The position numbers and the translations under genes are program-made. A DNA stretch of 64,000 nucleotides from Batkoa obscura (Eukaryota): assembly GCA_030770535.1 (NCBI GenBank), contig JASVEC010000016.1:124001-188000 (forward strand), written 5' to 3'. The stretch's first letter is position 1, and each line of letters starts with the position of its first letter. Shown one piece after another: positions 40,155 through 54,119 of the stretch. The notes beneath the pieces were generated by a model that worked only from the letters and a program-made list of their open reading frames with translations, did not search any database and had not been told where the DNA came from.

Positions 40155-43100
40155 CTACTCTTTTTTCTCCAACACATGAATAATATAAGGAATAGTGGGA
40201 TTAAATACATGTTTAATAATAGGCTCTAATTTATTTTGTACCTTAATTGATTGATTTAAAAACCTTAAATAGGCTTTAAAATTCTCTTGTTCTACATTTA
40301 ATGGAATTGAATCCACATTTAAACACCATAAATTTAAATTAAATGTACCAGATTTAATAAAACAGATGTTAACTTGTTGTGTATAAACTTGATTAGGTTT
40401 TAAATGAAATTTAAAGGAGAGATCTTGAGTCCAATAATAATCTCTTGTTATTAAACTATTATTATTCAATATATCAATTGGGTCTTCATGTAAAAGTTCT
40501 TGTTGATTCATCTTTAAAGATGATTTTCTTGAATGTGAAGAAGAATAAGATCTCACTTTATTCTTTTCATTTAGTAATATGCTTTCATTATTTGATATAA
40601 ATGTTGTATCTAATAACTTCAATTCTACATTCATATTTCGATTCCATGAACAATTTTTGATTTGAAAGTGAATTTGAATTGTTAATAATTTTTCTTCATC
40701 AAAATTATGATGAATAAATTCAGGCATATCAATTTTAACTTTAATTGGTAAATCATTTTTAAACTTATTATTTCTAATAATTGAATTTATCAATTGTCCC
40801 TTTTCGATTTGTGTACTTTCAAATAAATTTCTAACAATTTTCAATTCATTTTCTTGTAGATTATTATTATTATTATTTGTTGCTATTGATTGATACGCTT
40901 TAGTTGAAAAATCTAATAATGGGTTTTGATGAATACCAAAATTAATACCAATTATATGATGACAACCATATCGTTTATTATTATCATTTTCACCTTCTTT
41001 TGTATCCCAGAATAATGTTAAATCAATATCATTTGAAAAATATAATGGAAATATTTGATGATGTAATTGTTGGTCAATAAACGACATTTCTTTTGTTAAC
41101 CATAGTTGTCGATGTTGGTATCTTGAACTTTTATAAAAATTAAATAAATGATTATTATTTAATTGAACTTTATTATAATTTAACTATATTAAAAATTAAA
41201 AATTAATTATATTATTATTATTCTATATTCTATATTCTATATTATATTAATGCTTACCATATTTAAATTTGTAAAGTTTAACTTCAAATCATTATATAAA
41301 TCAAATTGTTTTAATCCCAAAGTTAATGCCTGTAATGAAGTTGCCATTTGATTTTCTGGTGAATCTAAATTATCTATCTCATTTTGATTTTCAATTCTTG
41401 TTATTAAATAATAAATAAATGTAGATTGTCTAGGTTGAATCATATTTTCAATTATTTGTCTGTTTTAAAGTTATTATTATCGTTAGTATTAGTATTAACA
41501 TTGATATTATTATTATTAGATTACCTATCTTCATTATTATCTAATTTTAAAATTTGCCAGTGATTTGATATCGATGTGATTTGGTTAATTGTAAATGAAT
41601 TGAATGCTTGGACATTTTCAACCTAAATAATAAATAAATAAATAAAATCAAATATTTAATAATAATATAAACTTACTTCAATCCCCAATAAAAAGGAATC
41701 TAAATTTTTACTTGATGGTCTTGTAAATGCGTTGATTTTTAACGAAGGTTGAACAATAAAACTGATATTTTTTTTTAAGATTCGGCATTCGATTGATAAT
41801 TCTTTCATATTCTATAACACAATCACACTAATAAATATATTATTATGATTATTAAATTAACTTACTTTTACTCCATATTTAAATAAAAAGTTAAATTTAT
41901 GATTGCCGATTCTATCCCCACGAATAAAAAGTGGAATTTCAATTTCTTGATTCGGTAAAATACCTTCTTCATTCTCAGTAATTATATTTAACTCTGATAA
42001 ATCTTGTATATTATTATCAATCCATTCACTATGTTGTAATTGATACTCTAATTTAATATAAGTAAAATAAGTTATTATTATTAATGTAATTGTTAGCAGA
42101 ATTAATTAATTTACCGTTTTCTTTTGTGTTTCCAAATGTAAAAAACGTTGGGTTAGAGCATTTTACTTTTAATATATCTAATTTTTCAGAACCTACATTT
42201 TTTACTTTTAATTTTTTATTGATAATTTCTCCCGATAAAATAGCTTCTGGAATTTCTAAAAATTCAATTTCTAATTTAGGTAATCTTTTAGTAATAAATA
42301 TTTTGAATTTTTTATCTTCATCATAATGATTTCCTTTTCTTTGTATGACAGTTGTATTTAATCTTTTTCCTTTTTGATAAAATGATTTATACAACAATAT
42401 AACTTGATTTAAGGTATAATAAATCCCATTAATACTTATTAAACCTTCTCTTTTAGGATGAATGTTAAGTGTTACTATGACACTAGTTAAAGGTTCAATA
42501 GTTACTTCTTCTGATGTAAATATTTCTAGTCCTTCTTTACATGAGTCATCAGAGTAAATATAATCCAATTGAATATTTGATAAATTAATTGGAATTTTTA
42601 ATGGATTATAAACAGTTATTTGAATTAAAAAAGATTCTAAAAAATAATATAAATAATATAAATAATAATATAATATTGATAACATAAATAAAGTTACCGT
42701 CCACACAAAAAGATTGAAATTGATCATATTTAGATGTATGTTCCATAATAATACCATTTGAAACATTTGATTTTTTAAAATTAATAATTGCTTCTTTCTC
42801 CATTTTATTAAATGAAGTTAAATCATTATTTGTCATACTTTCAATTTCTTCATCTTTTATATTATACTGAATATTAATTGTATTTAAATCAATTTCTGGT
42901 ATTGATAAAGAATAATCTTTTTCTAATAATAACTCATGATTTGTAGAAGATAAATAACTCTATATTGAATATAAATTAATAAATAGTTCAATATTATTAC
43001 AACCTTATAATAAAATTTACTTTATAAATATAAATTAATTCTTTCATATAACCTGCTTGAATAATATTGGAATGATTTGAATCCATAAGTAAAGAAGAAA

Positions 43101-45406
43101 AATAAATAATTGCTTGTTTTAATTCACCTAAATGTAATGATTGTCTACCAAGGGAGAAATTGATATGATCTTCAATTAAGTTCCATTTTTTTAATTTATT
43201 ATTGGAATCATTATTAATAATTTCTTCTTTATTGCAAAATATTTTCGATGCTATTTTATAACATCGATAAGCATGTTCTCTCTATTTTATATTAATTAAA
43301 TTATTATATTATATTATATTATATTACAAATTAAATTAAATTAAATTAAAATTACCTGATTACATTTATTAAAATTATGTCCTGCCAATATTAAATGAAA
43401 AGCAAATTTACGAATTCTATTAGGTTGAGTTTTTAAATATCCAAAAGCAGCTTGTTCCAAAAATAACGCACTTTGAATATCCGAGTCCTAAATAATTATA
43501 AATTTATTTTGTAACTTAATATTAAACAACAAAACACTTACCTCTCCGGTTAATCTCACCAATAGTAAAGGAATATCTCTATATCTATGGTGATATTTAA
43601 ACATTGCATGATATAATAAAGCACATCTAGAAGCCCAAACGGGCATTTTAAGCGATAAGTAGTAATGAATTGGTTTATCATAATATCTTTCAACATCTAA
43701 TCTGGCGCCTGAAACTTCAGAAAACAGCAAACATAATCCTATCATTTCCTATATTTTATAAAAATAAATTGCTATCCATTTTTTAATTAATAGAATTGAA
43801 CTACTTGTGCACTTGCATAAAATCTCCATGAATTATCAGCTTGAAAATCTTTTTTGACCGTTTCATAAGTATTTCTTGAAAATTCATAATCCCTTAACAT
43901 AAATGCAATATCTGCTAATTTACGTAATTGAGCTTCTGAACTCGTATGTTGATATTGTGTAAAAGTGGGTGAACCTAACCCTAAATTAGGAGATGTTTGA
44001 CCAGAACCTCCAGTACTTGAACTTGTTGGGGATAATGATTTATTCGTGCCAAAATACCTTCTACTAGCACTAAATAATCGACCAGTAAATCCGCGTCGGG
44101 AACTAGCTACCTATAGGGTTATTAGATTAATTTATAAAGTACTTTATGAAGATACTAAAATTTACTTGTTCATTCAAAAAATGCATTTTTCTTTCCATAG
44201 CAGGTAAAACAACTTCAATTACTATTTTTTTAATTAAATTTTGTATACTTTCAACATCATCAATTGATAAATATTGTCCACATGAACCTGTGTTATTATA
44301 ATTGGAAGTGGATAAATTAAGTTTAGTTTTACTCCAAATATCTTCAACATTAGGTTCTACTTCTGAAAAATCACTAGTTGGTGGACGGGAGTTTATTACT
44401 AATAAGTAACAATTATTACCATGGTTCTTTTTTAATTGGGTGTAAATCTCTTGGGTTCTAAAACAGAAGTAATATTTAGTTTTATAATTTATTTGTGTAT
44501 TATTGTGATAATTACTTTTCAAAATTACCCAATCTAGCATCATGAACTAATATAAAACATTGTACCCTTTCTGGATCAACAAAAGACAATTTATCTAATT
44601 GATTATTCTGGTCATACAATTTTTTCATTGCTTCAATAGGGTTAGCATTATGTGCTGCTACAGCATTGATGCCTTTTTATTGAAATTATTAATCGTTTAA
44701 TTAAATAAATGGTTATACTATATATGAGTCTTACAAGCAATTGGGTGGTCAAAAGTTTCATGGTCCACTACTCTATTAGTATTAAAAAAAGATTCTTTAT
44801 ATAAATCAAACCAAGGGGTTAACTCATTCCAATCCTCTATATTTAAATAATTAAATATATGTAATTGAAAAAAAAAGAAAAAAAAAAGTTACTTTTTAAT
44901 AAATTTTGAGTAAACTGCCAATAATGAGGTAAGTTTAGATCAATACTATCTTCTTCATTAATATTTTTTGTAAAATTATTGGGACTATCACTAAAACTTT
45001 CAATTTGTTTTAAATAACCAGAAGCTTTAAATTGGTTTTTTATTATGTCAGATATAGTTTTAAAATTTGCACTTTCTTCCATATTTAATCCATAATGTTC
45101 TAATTGTTTTAAATCTCTTAAACGTACAGAGAAATTGGAATGCGTTTTATTCTGTCCTCGACTATCTCGGATTGTTACTGTATTTTATATAAAAATAACA
45201 AATTTAAATTTTATTGTTCTTGTTATTATAACAGAATTAGCATTACCTTTTCCTTGTATTTCAATACCAAAAGGTTGAATTAGTTCAACAAAATTAGTTA
45301 TATTATTCGCTTGACAAGATTCATCTAATTCTGAGGTGGCTATTACGGCTATTAATGGTGATAATACTCGTCGTATAAAACTTTTATTTTTATTATCGAC
45401 GCTCAT
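40155..45406 (-). CDS. TRS85: TRAPPIII subunit Trs85/TRAPPC8, multi-exon
   Basis: LSPLIAV...ELIQPFG, TPWFD, DHETFDHPIA, EAQLRKLADIAFMLRDYE, SALFLEQAA, RKFAFHLILAGH. Confidence 0.88.
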
Positions 45407-45513
45407 TCGTAAAAATATTATTTGACAAAAAATAGAAAAGGGTGAGGTGGCTTAGAAGCCAATAAATACTAATTTTGTTTTTTGTTTTCTATTTTTTGTT
45501 TTTTGCTTGCAGT

Positions 45514-46634
45514 ATGGAAAAAGAGGAAATTAAAAGTAAATATTTGATATGATTATGATGTGAAATAGTTTATTTATCTTTTTTATTATAGCTATCGACG
45601 AAAAAGATATATTAAAAAAAGCTGAGGTATAAGAAGAATTTACAACATAACATTCAAATTAATTAGTAAACCTAGGAAAATTCAACCAAAAAAAGTAGCC
45701 ATACTATAAAATCATATAAAAATACTGCCAACCCTTATGCCAATATAAATGTAAAATGTAGCTTTAAATATCAATCATAATAATCAAAATTACTAACCTC
45801 ATTTCTCTTTTAGCTTTATTCAAAATCCCAAAAAAAGCGAGTGAATTAGTACAATATAAACGAATACGTTGGAGTTTATCTAGCAAAGAATTAGAACAAA
45901 TTGCTTACAATTGTCAAAAACTAATTGAATCAGAACAAGGTAAAATCCGTCAATTTACGCGTTTACTTATATTATTAAATAATGATAATTGGCAACATCA
46001 ATCAAAATTGTTACCACGTTCAGCAGTTTCTATATTACCTTCTAATAGTGAACTTTCAACTACAGATAGAACAGCAAAGAATAAATCTGATTTGAATTTA
46101 GATAGTAAAACTGGGGAGTATCAATCTGGAGAAAAGATGATGATGGATCATCCATTTGTTACTAAAGAAACACACAGTCTAATTAACTTAAATTCATCAC
46201 CAGAGATTATGCCTTCTAGTCAATTAAATACTCGAACTTTTGAAGAAGATGTTAATAGTGAAGACAATATTCATCATTTTGATATGGAACATGAAGAAGA
46301 GCACGGAAATAATAAATTAACAGATGGATTAAATAATACAGTAAACATTAATCAAGATCAAAATCTAGATAATAATCAACAAAGTTTACAACCTTTTTTA
46401 TTAGCTATTAATGAAAAGTTAATTACTATGGTTCAGGTATGTTTTTATTATGCTATTTTGTTATCAGGTTACTTATGCTTTTATTTTTATTAGGAATCCC
46501 TTGATAATTCGAATCATTATGTGTCTTTTTTAAGTAATACTTATCATGCTTTAATAAAGCAGAATAAGACCAATAATGATTTATTTAATAAATTAACCGA
46601 AATTTCGAAACTTGAGTCTAATAATAAGGATTAA
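45514..46634 (+). CDS. Rxt2-like protein (Rpd3L HDAC complex), multi-exon
   Basis: Spliced NPYANINVK|SLFKIPKKASEL...SKELEQIAYNCQKLIESEQ...RLLILLNND resembles the RXT2 N-terminal pattern; recognised by eye only. Confidence 0.6.
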
Positions 46635-46744
46635 ATAAAAAATGTATTTAAAATAAAACAAATGAATAAATCATATAAAACACTTTTTGAACTTTCATCT
46701 ATCAAAATAAATAAATTTATTAGAATCGATCAATTTTTATTCTA

Positions 46745-49700
46745 TTATTTTTTCAATGTTCTTTGTTTTTCTGCTGACTCTACCACTTTTTTCTCCACAA
46801 ATAGACCTTTACGTTTTCTAACTCCTTCCATATATTTTTTAGCTAAATTTTCACGATCAGCTTTTTCCCCTAAATCTTCCAACTCCTCTTCAGTAGAGGG
46901 AACCCAAAATGGATCTTGATCCAATACTTCAAAGCCAGTAAAAATTAACAATGGGATAGCTGCCCCTGAAGTTCTCTTACGAATTTCATCAGCAAAATTA
47001 AAACTTTCAATTACTGGTATTTTGGATGCAATTTGGAAAAAACTGGTTCCTTCTTTCATTTCTTCGGATAAAATACGTCCACGGCGTTTGTTGATAACTC
47101 CATACACTCTACCCAATACATCCGCTGTAGCTTGAATATCACATGAATATGTTGCTAACATTAATCTTGGTGACCATCCCATGAAACTTGTTTTGCAACT
47201 TTCTTTCATAGCTGTAATTAATTGACCACCAACAGCTCCAAAGGAACTGATATTTGGAGTAATACTATTCTCTTGATCTTCTGAATTATTGTTATTTGAT
47301 TCATCCAATAAATCGAATGACTCAATAAAACAACAAGTACCAATAATAGGTTCATTACATAAAGGCCCGGTTGCAGTAAAGGATTGGAAACCAGTGACTA
47401 AACCTTCTTCAATTTCACGGATAGAAACACCAGTACTTTCAAGCCATTTTGGATTGGTAGATACCTTACCTTTAGTAATGGATTCTCTAAAAGAAGGATG
47501 GTCATAATCTAAATTATTTACTAAAATATTCGGACCTATTCTCTTTGGTCCAAAAGTCCATATCTTTTCTACAATACCTTCCCAGAAGGCAGTATTTTTA
47601 CTAGTTGAAAATTTCTTTTCAAGTTCGTTTAAAAAGGTTTCTAATGATATTTTGCTATGTGCTTGTGCAAACGCTTCTTCTTCTTGAGTTTCGCCCAATC
47701 CAGTGATATTCTCTTTATTTTTTTTTGAACCTTTACGTATCAAAGCATGTATAGTATCTTGATATTCAATGAGATATTCATATACCTTTTTAGGTAAGGG
47801 AACAAGTCTAATACCCAACGAAAAGTTTTTAGCTGGAGATTCAAATGTAATTAAAGATTGATTATAGCAAGTGTTAAAATTAGTTTCTGCAGGTACTACA
47901 ATAGTTTCTCTAAAAGGAACAATCGGAGGTGAAACTTGAATTTCGACTTTGGAAAAACGTTCTTTTAAGTCTGTTAAACATCTTTCAAGATGAAGCTCAC
48001 CAGCAGTGGCTAATATATGTTCTCCAGTTTCTTGTAAATAAATTTCAACACAAGGATCAGATATATTTAATAATTTTAATCCTTCAACTAATTTTGGCAT
48101 ATCCGAAAGATTCCAAGGTTCTAATGCGACTCTTAAAATAGGTGCTGCTATCTTACGTAAGGCTCCAAGATTATGGCATTCTTTAGTTGTTGATAACATC
48201 CCTGATTTAAATATATGACCCTCAATACCTCCAATACCAAATACATTACCAGCAGGTACCTCTTGAATATTGGTTAGTTCTCTACCCATAATGAGATATA
48301 AACTTTCAACGATAATCTCTGAACAATGTTGATCTGGGTTCTCTGGATTATATTTCGGTCCTAAAACATATAATTTTTGTCCAAGTTTAATTGTACCTGA
48401 AAATAATCTAGCAAATCCAACCAATACTTCTTGACTAGTATCTTCTTCCTCTTTTTGTATTTCTATTACTTTATCCTCTGGCTCCTGTGGCTCACTGCCA
48501 TCTTGAAGAATAATGTCAGCAACTGGACCCTCTGCGCTATTTAAGACTTTAGCTCTAGTATTCAATTGTCTCATTTCTTCGGCACTAAGTTGTACTCTTC
48601 GATTAACTGAAAGTGCATCGATAGGTGCGAAAAATGTTTTAGATACATAAGCTACCACTGGTGCTTCTTCAGAAATATCACAATTGTATATTGCTTTTTC
48701 TAGTTCAGTAGTTGCTTCTGGTATCTCTTCTTCATCTGGATGCCATAAAGCTGGTAATCTAGCGACTTGAGAAACAAGTGGAGAAGGTATTTTATCGATA
48801 ATAGTAAGTAAAATAGATCTTGAGATCGGTAACCATTGCGTAAAGATGGAGGTTAATAAAACTCTGGGATCTTTTGATTTTAAATCCCTTGGTAAAATCT
48901 TTAAGTTTAATGTCTTTATAATCTTTTGAACTTTTTCTGGATCACTAAAATTTAAAATTAGGATAAAAAATTAATTAACAAGTGGTAAGAACTACCTTTT
49001 AGTTATTACCGAGTCATAAACCGCCCAAATATTATCTAACACAAATTGTACAAACATTGGTTTCATTGCTTTACCTTTGAGGTGCTTTGGAAGTAAAACC
49101 TTTTTATTCTTAGCATCAAAATAGAAATCTCCCCATAAATATTTTTGTAAAGCTGCTTCTTTAAGTCCCATTTTTTGTGCATATAGTTTAGCAAAAGTAT
49201 TTACTCTATATCAATATTAATAAAGCCTTAAAGCTAAAAAAAATCAAAATTACCTAAACGCCCAACCATCTGTAGCACTTGAAAATAAAACATTGCCTTT
49301 TTCGGGTGAAAAATAGATATGTGAGTCATCTGAATCTTCAAGGTTCCAATCATAAATCTTCTTCGATAAATCTTCTTCATTTTCTTGAGTATTTTGGTCA
49401 TCTTTTGCCTAAAATTTTGATTAAATAATAGGTTAAAACTAATTTCATATGCATACTTTTTGAGCCTCATGAATCCTTGAATCTTTTTGAATAAGTTCAT
49501 CTGTAAATAAACCTGACATTAAAGCATTAACTTGTTCCAATATTTTATTGAGATGCGTGTATGCTTCTGTTGATGTTAATTGAAGTTCGGTAATTAATCG
49601 ATCAATTTTATTTAGTACCAAAATTGGCTGAATCTTTTCTTTCCAAGCTTGATATAATACCATTTGAGTCTGAATTAAAGTTAATGAACCATATTGAAAT

Positions 49701-50170
49701 TAAGCCAAATATAATTACTTGTGTACAAACCCCTTCAACCGCATCTACAAGAACTAAAGCTCCGTCACAAAGCCTTGAAGCAGAGGAAACTTCACTTGAA
49801 AAATCAACATGGCCTGGTGAGTCAATAAGATTAATCAAATATTGTTCCGACTTAATTTCGCCTATAAACCATCAATAAAAGATAAAGTTGAACTCTGATC
49901 TCACTTACCACTAGCGACTAAATTCTGGATTTCAAATTGCAATGAAATTGCGCTGGACTCCATAGTGATACCACGTAGTTGTTCGTCTTCTCTAGAGTCT
50001 AAATATCTTACTTTACCTGCTAACTTGGAAGAGATTATTCCATTTGATGCCAGTAAACTATCTGATAATGTTGTCTTTCCATGATCCACATGTGCCAAGA
50101 TACATATATTGCGTATGTTGTTGGTGTTTTTATGTAGTTTCGATATTTGTGTTGGTGTTATTGCTGGCAT
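46745..50170 (-). CDS. RIA1: Elongation factor-like GTPase 1 (ribosome maturation), multi-exon
   Basis: [86 protein letters not shown]. Confidence 0.95.
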
Positions 50171-50989
50171 TGTAAATAACTTGTTTTTTTGTCATCAACT
50201 TTTGCAAATTATTTATAGCTTAGAAATGCGCAGTTTTTATAGAGTTTTTTTGTAAGGGATTAGTTTTTTATTGAATTAGTAATAAAGGATTAGGGGTATT
50301 AGTGTTTATTTAGCTTAGTCTTATATTATACTTGAAAAACAAAATATGCGGCTTTAATCTTTATTGTTGTTTGATTTATATATATATTAAACAAGTGAAT
50401 AACATACTATCAAAAATAAATCAATACCATAATAAATTTTGCAAACGGCCTACTTTTGCTAATATAATTAAAATCTGCTGCCAGCCTTAAAAAGTAGTCA
50501 CTATTTTATCATGTTGAGTTCAATTTTTATTCTATAGCTGTAAATAATCGCAGTTTTAGTTTGAAATCTATAACAAGTTTTAAGATAATGGAACTGTGCT
50601 TTTTTTGTCTGCGTAATAAATTTTTATTCTATAATTCAATAACCTACTCACTTGTTCAACAAACAATGAATTTATAGTATAAAATAATATTTTAGTTTAA
50701 AGAAGTAGCTCTAATATAATTCAACTCTAGTTATAGTTACAATAAAATATTTGCTTTGTGAAATACATACGAAATAAGAGTTACTATATCCAAATCAAAT
50801 AAAGGTATTAATATAATATTCGACTTTTAGTTTATCGATTAAATTTCAGTTTCAATTAGAATTAATATTCATATTAATTATTTATAATTTACTTTATCTA
50901 TTATATCTCGATATAAGACAAAGTTGCTAGTTTTATACTTTAGATTAAAGAGAAGCAAGTAAAGTCAAATTAACAAAAAAAAGATTCAT

Positions 50990-51718
50990 TTATTTTTCAC
51001 TTTTATCATTTAAATGAAGTTGTTCCTTTAACATAAACAACCTATTAATTGCACTCATTTTTTCGTTTTTATCCTTTTGCTTCAAGTCTTGGTTGAACTC
51101 CATATGTTCATTAAAATTGATACTTTCTAATAACTTGATAATATCGTTTTCTTGATTTTCATTATCTAGCACAATATTATTAGAATCAATATTGGTATTA
51201 TAGCTATCTTTTATCATATCTTCCTCTTCAATACTCTCTTGTTTACTATTTAAAAAATCCACTACATCCATCCCATCATTTTCATCCAAATAAAACTGTT
51301 TATTTGTAAAAAATGAAGCTTCTTCTTTCATTAAATCATTCACGTTACCTTCGTTAACCTGATATTCCAAAATACTATCCCCCAACACTCCATTTTCTCC
51401 ATTAACACCAATCTCTTCTTTGGCCTCAAACCCACCCAATTCTTCGTACTGTTCCGCTACAGTTTTAGTGTCGGAATCGAAATTTAAACCTTTATTTACG
51501 ATTGGTTTATAACTGGAGCTTTCTTCCAAATGTTGTACAACATTGTGAATTCTTTTCGAACTACCGACTTCACGCGATATCTTTTCATTGCTTTCAGCCA
51601 CTAAATTCCATAGTAAATTGGCGGATTTTTTACTACTTTCTTCAAGATGCTCAAGTATACTCCTTTCTGGCTTATTTTGCTTACTTTCCTCTGGTTTACT
51701 TTCCTCGTTTTTCTTCAT
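50990..51718 (-). CDS. Hypothetical acidic protein
   Basis: Uninterrupted ORF; probable start MKKNEESK at 51718 (the upstream extension looks non-coding); no family recognised. Confidence 0.6.
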   Translation of the reverse strand: MKKNEESKPEESKQNKPERSILEHLEESSKKSANLLWNLVAESNEKISREVGSSKRIHNVVQHLEESSSYKPIVNKGLNFDSDTKTVAEQYEELGGFEAKEEIGVNGENGVLGDSILEYQVNEGNVNDLMKEEASFFTNKQFYLDENDGMDVVDFLNSKQESIEEEDMIKDSYNTNIDSNNIVLDNENQENDIIKLLESINFNEHMEFNQDLKQKDKNEKMSAINRLFMLKEQLHLNDKSEK

Positions 51719-52414
51719 TCTTGATTGTATTAAGTAAAAATAAAAAATTGAAAAAATGTTAGGTTGTGAATGAATGACGTTTTCGACTTTTGTTAAATAC
51801 TTGTATTTTTCATGAGTATTGGTGATTATTTGCGATTTTATGAAGACTAAGATTAAAAATAACCATCTCATTTCAGCCCTTAAAGGGTTTCGGGTTCGAA
51901 TCCTAGCCTAGTTAATTTAAGACCTAAACTACCAAGCTATCGCTTTCCTGTAAAGATAAGTGTATATTGTACTATAAATGCTCCTGGTCTGATATTTCAT
52001 TTGCCTCTCCTCATATCTTCATAAAGATGATGAACATATGATGTGCTTTGGGCTTATAATAGATCTTTTAGTAAGACATCTGACTATTTGAATCAAACAT
52101 CAAAATTAAAAAATGGGGCTGTCCTAATTGGTTTCAGAATCTACTTAGAAATTAATCCAAATTTAAAATTCCAAGTTTGTGTTCAATATAACGGTTAAAT
52201 CTAAAAAGCCTAAAATTAAATGTCTCTATTTAAAACTTATTTTAATTGTTTCCTTTTCTTAAATAGCTAATTTTCCTAACTATATATTTTATGTTAGTTC
52301 TGTTAGATATTTAACAGATATATAATATATAACTATATGATTATATAATTATATAAATACATAATTATATAAATACAGTTATTTGACTTTATTTTTTGTT
52401 GAAATAAAAATAAA

Positions 52415-54118
52415 ATGCAAACTTTCATAACTAAACTTCGAAATGGAATTTTTGAAAACTTCAATACAATAGGGAGGAGTACACAATATAAACATTGTAA
52501 TTCATTTACATCAATTTTAAGAGCTACTTATAACAACCCAAGGTTCATGGAATTTTATAATAAAACAAAACAAAGAAAAGATATATTATCAAAGTTTACT
52601 ATCGATAATAATAAACTTAATCAAGTAATGTATAAAATTAGTGCTTTAAGGGAAACAGGAAACAAAAGTCAGCAAGTAGCGTTATTATCAACTATAGCTT
52701 CAGTATATTCTTTTGATGAATGTAAGAGTTTTGGGTTTAATATAAATAGAAATCAATATGATTATTCAAAAACAAGTAATAATAATAAAATATCAACATT
52801 AAAACCTATTATTAAAAATACAAAAAAAATTAAAGATGACCAAATTGAAACTATCATACAATATTTACTAAATGATTCAACTATTTCATCAAGATTTAAT
52901 AAAAAAAATAACGATAGTAAATATTCATCAGATAATATATATATATTAAATAAAAGTAGAAGAATGATATATAGTAAATATTTGAATGATCTAAGAGATA
53001 AAGCAGTAGCCAGGTCAACGTTCTTTAAATATATACCAACTAATTTCAAAAATCCAGCAAGAAAAACGGATCTATGTAATATATGTACCCAGTATACAGT
53101 TAGAAAAAAGTTATTTGAAAATAAAATAAATACAGCAAAAAACAAAGCAGAGATACAAGAAATTTTCAACGAAGAAGAAAAATTATACAAATTACATAAA
53201 TTCTGTGTTGATACTCAAAAAAACACATTTAATGAAACTATCAAAAAATTAAATAACAAAAGTTGTATAATAGTTTTAGATTTTAAACAAAATATGGAAA
53301 TAGGGACAAGACCAGATTCAATAAATTTAGATCATTATAATAAACAAGCTATATCAGTATTAGGCTTTGGTGTATTATATTTAAAAGATGATAAAACAAT
53401 AGGCAAAGTTTACTTTGATTATTTATCTGAAATATTGAATCATGATTCAGCATATGCAGGAGATTGTTTAATCGATTTAATCTCTACAGAGCTTCTATTT
53501 AAAAAGTTTACAAAAATTAATATATGGGCAGATACAGGAAATCATTTTAGATCCCAAGAGTTCTTACATTATATGTTTAAAGAAATTCATAAAATAAATA
53601 GTAGTTTGAATGTTAATCTTAATTTTTTTGCTGAGCATCATGGAAAAAGTATAGTTGATGGACATTTTGGAAACCTTTCAAAATGGAAAAGTAGTTTTGA
53701 AGCGTTAGGTAAAATAGAAGATATCGATCAATTAATTTCAAGATTTGAGGCTTTTATTTGCGAGCATAATAAAATTAATAACTCGACTGTTAATAATGGG
53801 AAAACAGATATAATTTTTAAAAAGTATAAAAGAAACAAAAATACAAAAAGAATAATAGAGATGCAGGGCATTAAGAAGTATTTACACTTTATTAAACATA
53901 ACAATAAACTACATTGTTATCCAGTATCTGATACATCAAAAAAAAGCGATATAGTCCCAATTAAAGTTATAGAGTCTATAGAAAACAGAAAAATTAAAAG
54001 ATCGATCCCAGCTTACCTTACGAAGATAACAGAGAATTTGAAAATTTCGATATTTACTAAGCAAGTAAGTAGTTTGTTGAATGATAGAAATAGATTGTTA
54101 AATGTTAGGATTACTTAA
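52415..54118 (+). CDS. Sola2-like DDD transposase, 567 aa, intronless
   Basis: TDLCNIC...H zinc motif; candidate catalytic Asp residues in VLDFKQN, IWADTGNHFRS and FFAEHHGKSIVDGHFG. Confidence 0.8.
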   Translation: MQTFITKLRNGIFENFNTIGRSTQYKHCNSFTSILRATYNNPRFMEFYNKTKQRKDILSKFTIDNNKLNQVMYKISALRETGNKSQQVALLSTIASVYSFDECKSFGFNINRNQYDYSKTSNNNKISTLKPIIKNTKKIKDDQIETIIQYLLNDSTISSRFNKKNNDSKYSSDNIYILNKSRRMIYSKYLNDLRDKAVARSTFFKYIPTNFKNPARKTDLCNICTQYTVRKKLFENKINTAKNKAEIQEIFNEEEKLYKLHKFCVDTQKNTFNETIKKLNNKSCIIVLDFKQNMEIGTRPDSINLDHYNKQAISVLGFGVLYLKDDKTIGKVYFDYLSEILNHDSAYAGDCLIDLISTELLFKKFTKINIWADTGNHFRSQEFLHYMFKEIHKINSSLNVNLNFFAEHHGKSIVDGHFGNLSKWKSSFEALGKIEDIDQLISRFEAFICEHNKINNSTVNNGKTDIIFKKYKRNKNTKRIIEMQGIKKYLHFIKHNNKLHCYPVSDTSKKSDIVPIKVIESIENRKIKRSIPAYLTKITENLKISIFTKQVSSLLNDRNRLLNVRIT

Positions 54119-54119
54119 G

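Noticed and set aside
43296..43352. (ATTAT)n/(AAATT)n runs, and (TTTTA)n at about 32192-32235
   Set aside because: Ordinary microsatellites in AT-rich intron or UTR sequence
51758..51913. Possible tRNA-Sec or other intact tRNA
   Set aside because: No anticodon arm with TCA, no proper D arm, and a mismatched T stem
52415..54118. Fanzor/TnpB interpretation of the 567-aa ORF
   Set aside because: No RuvC-type motifs or C-terminal zinc ribbon; the motifs fit a DDD transposase
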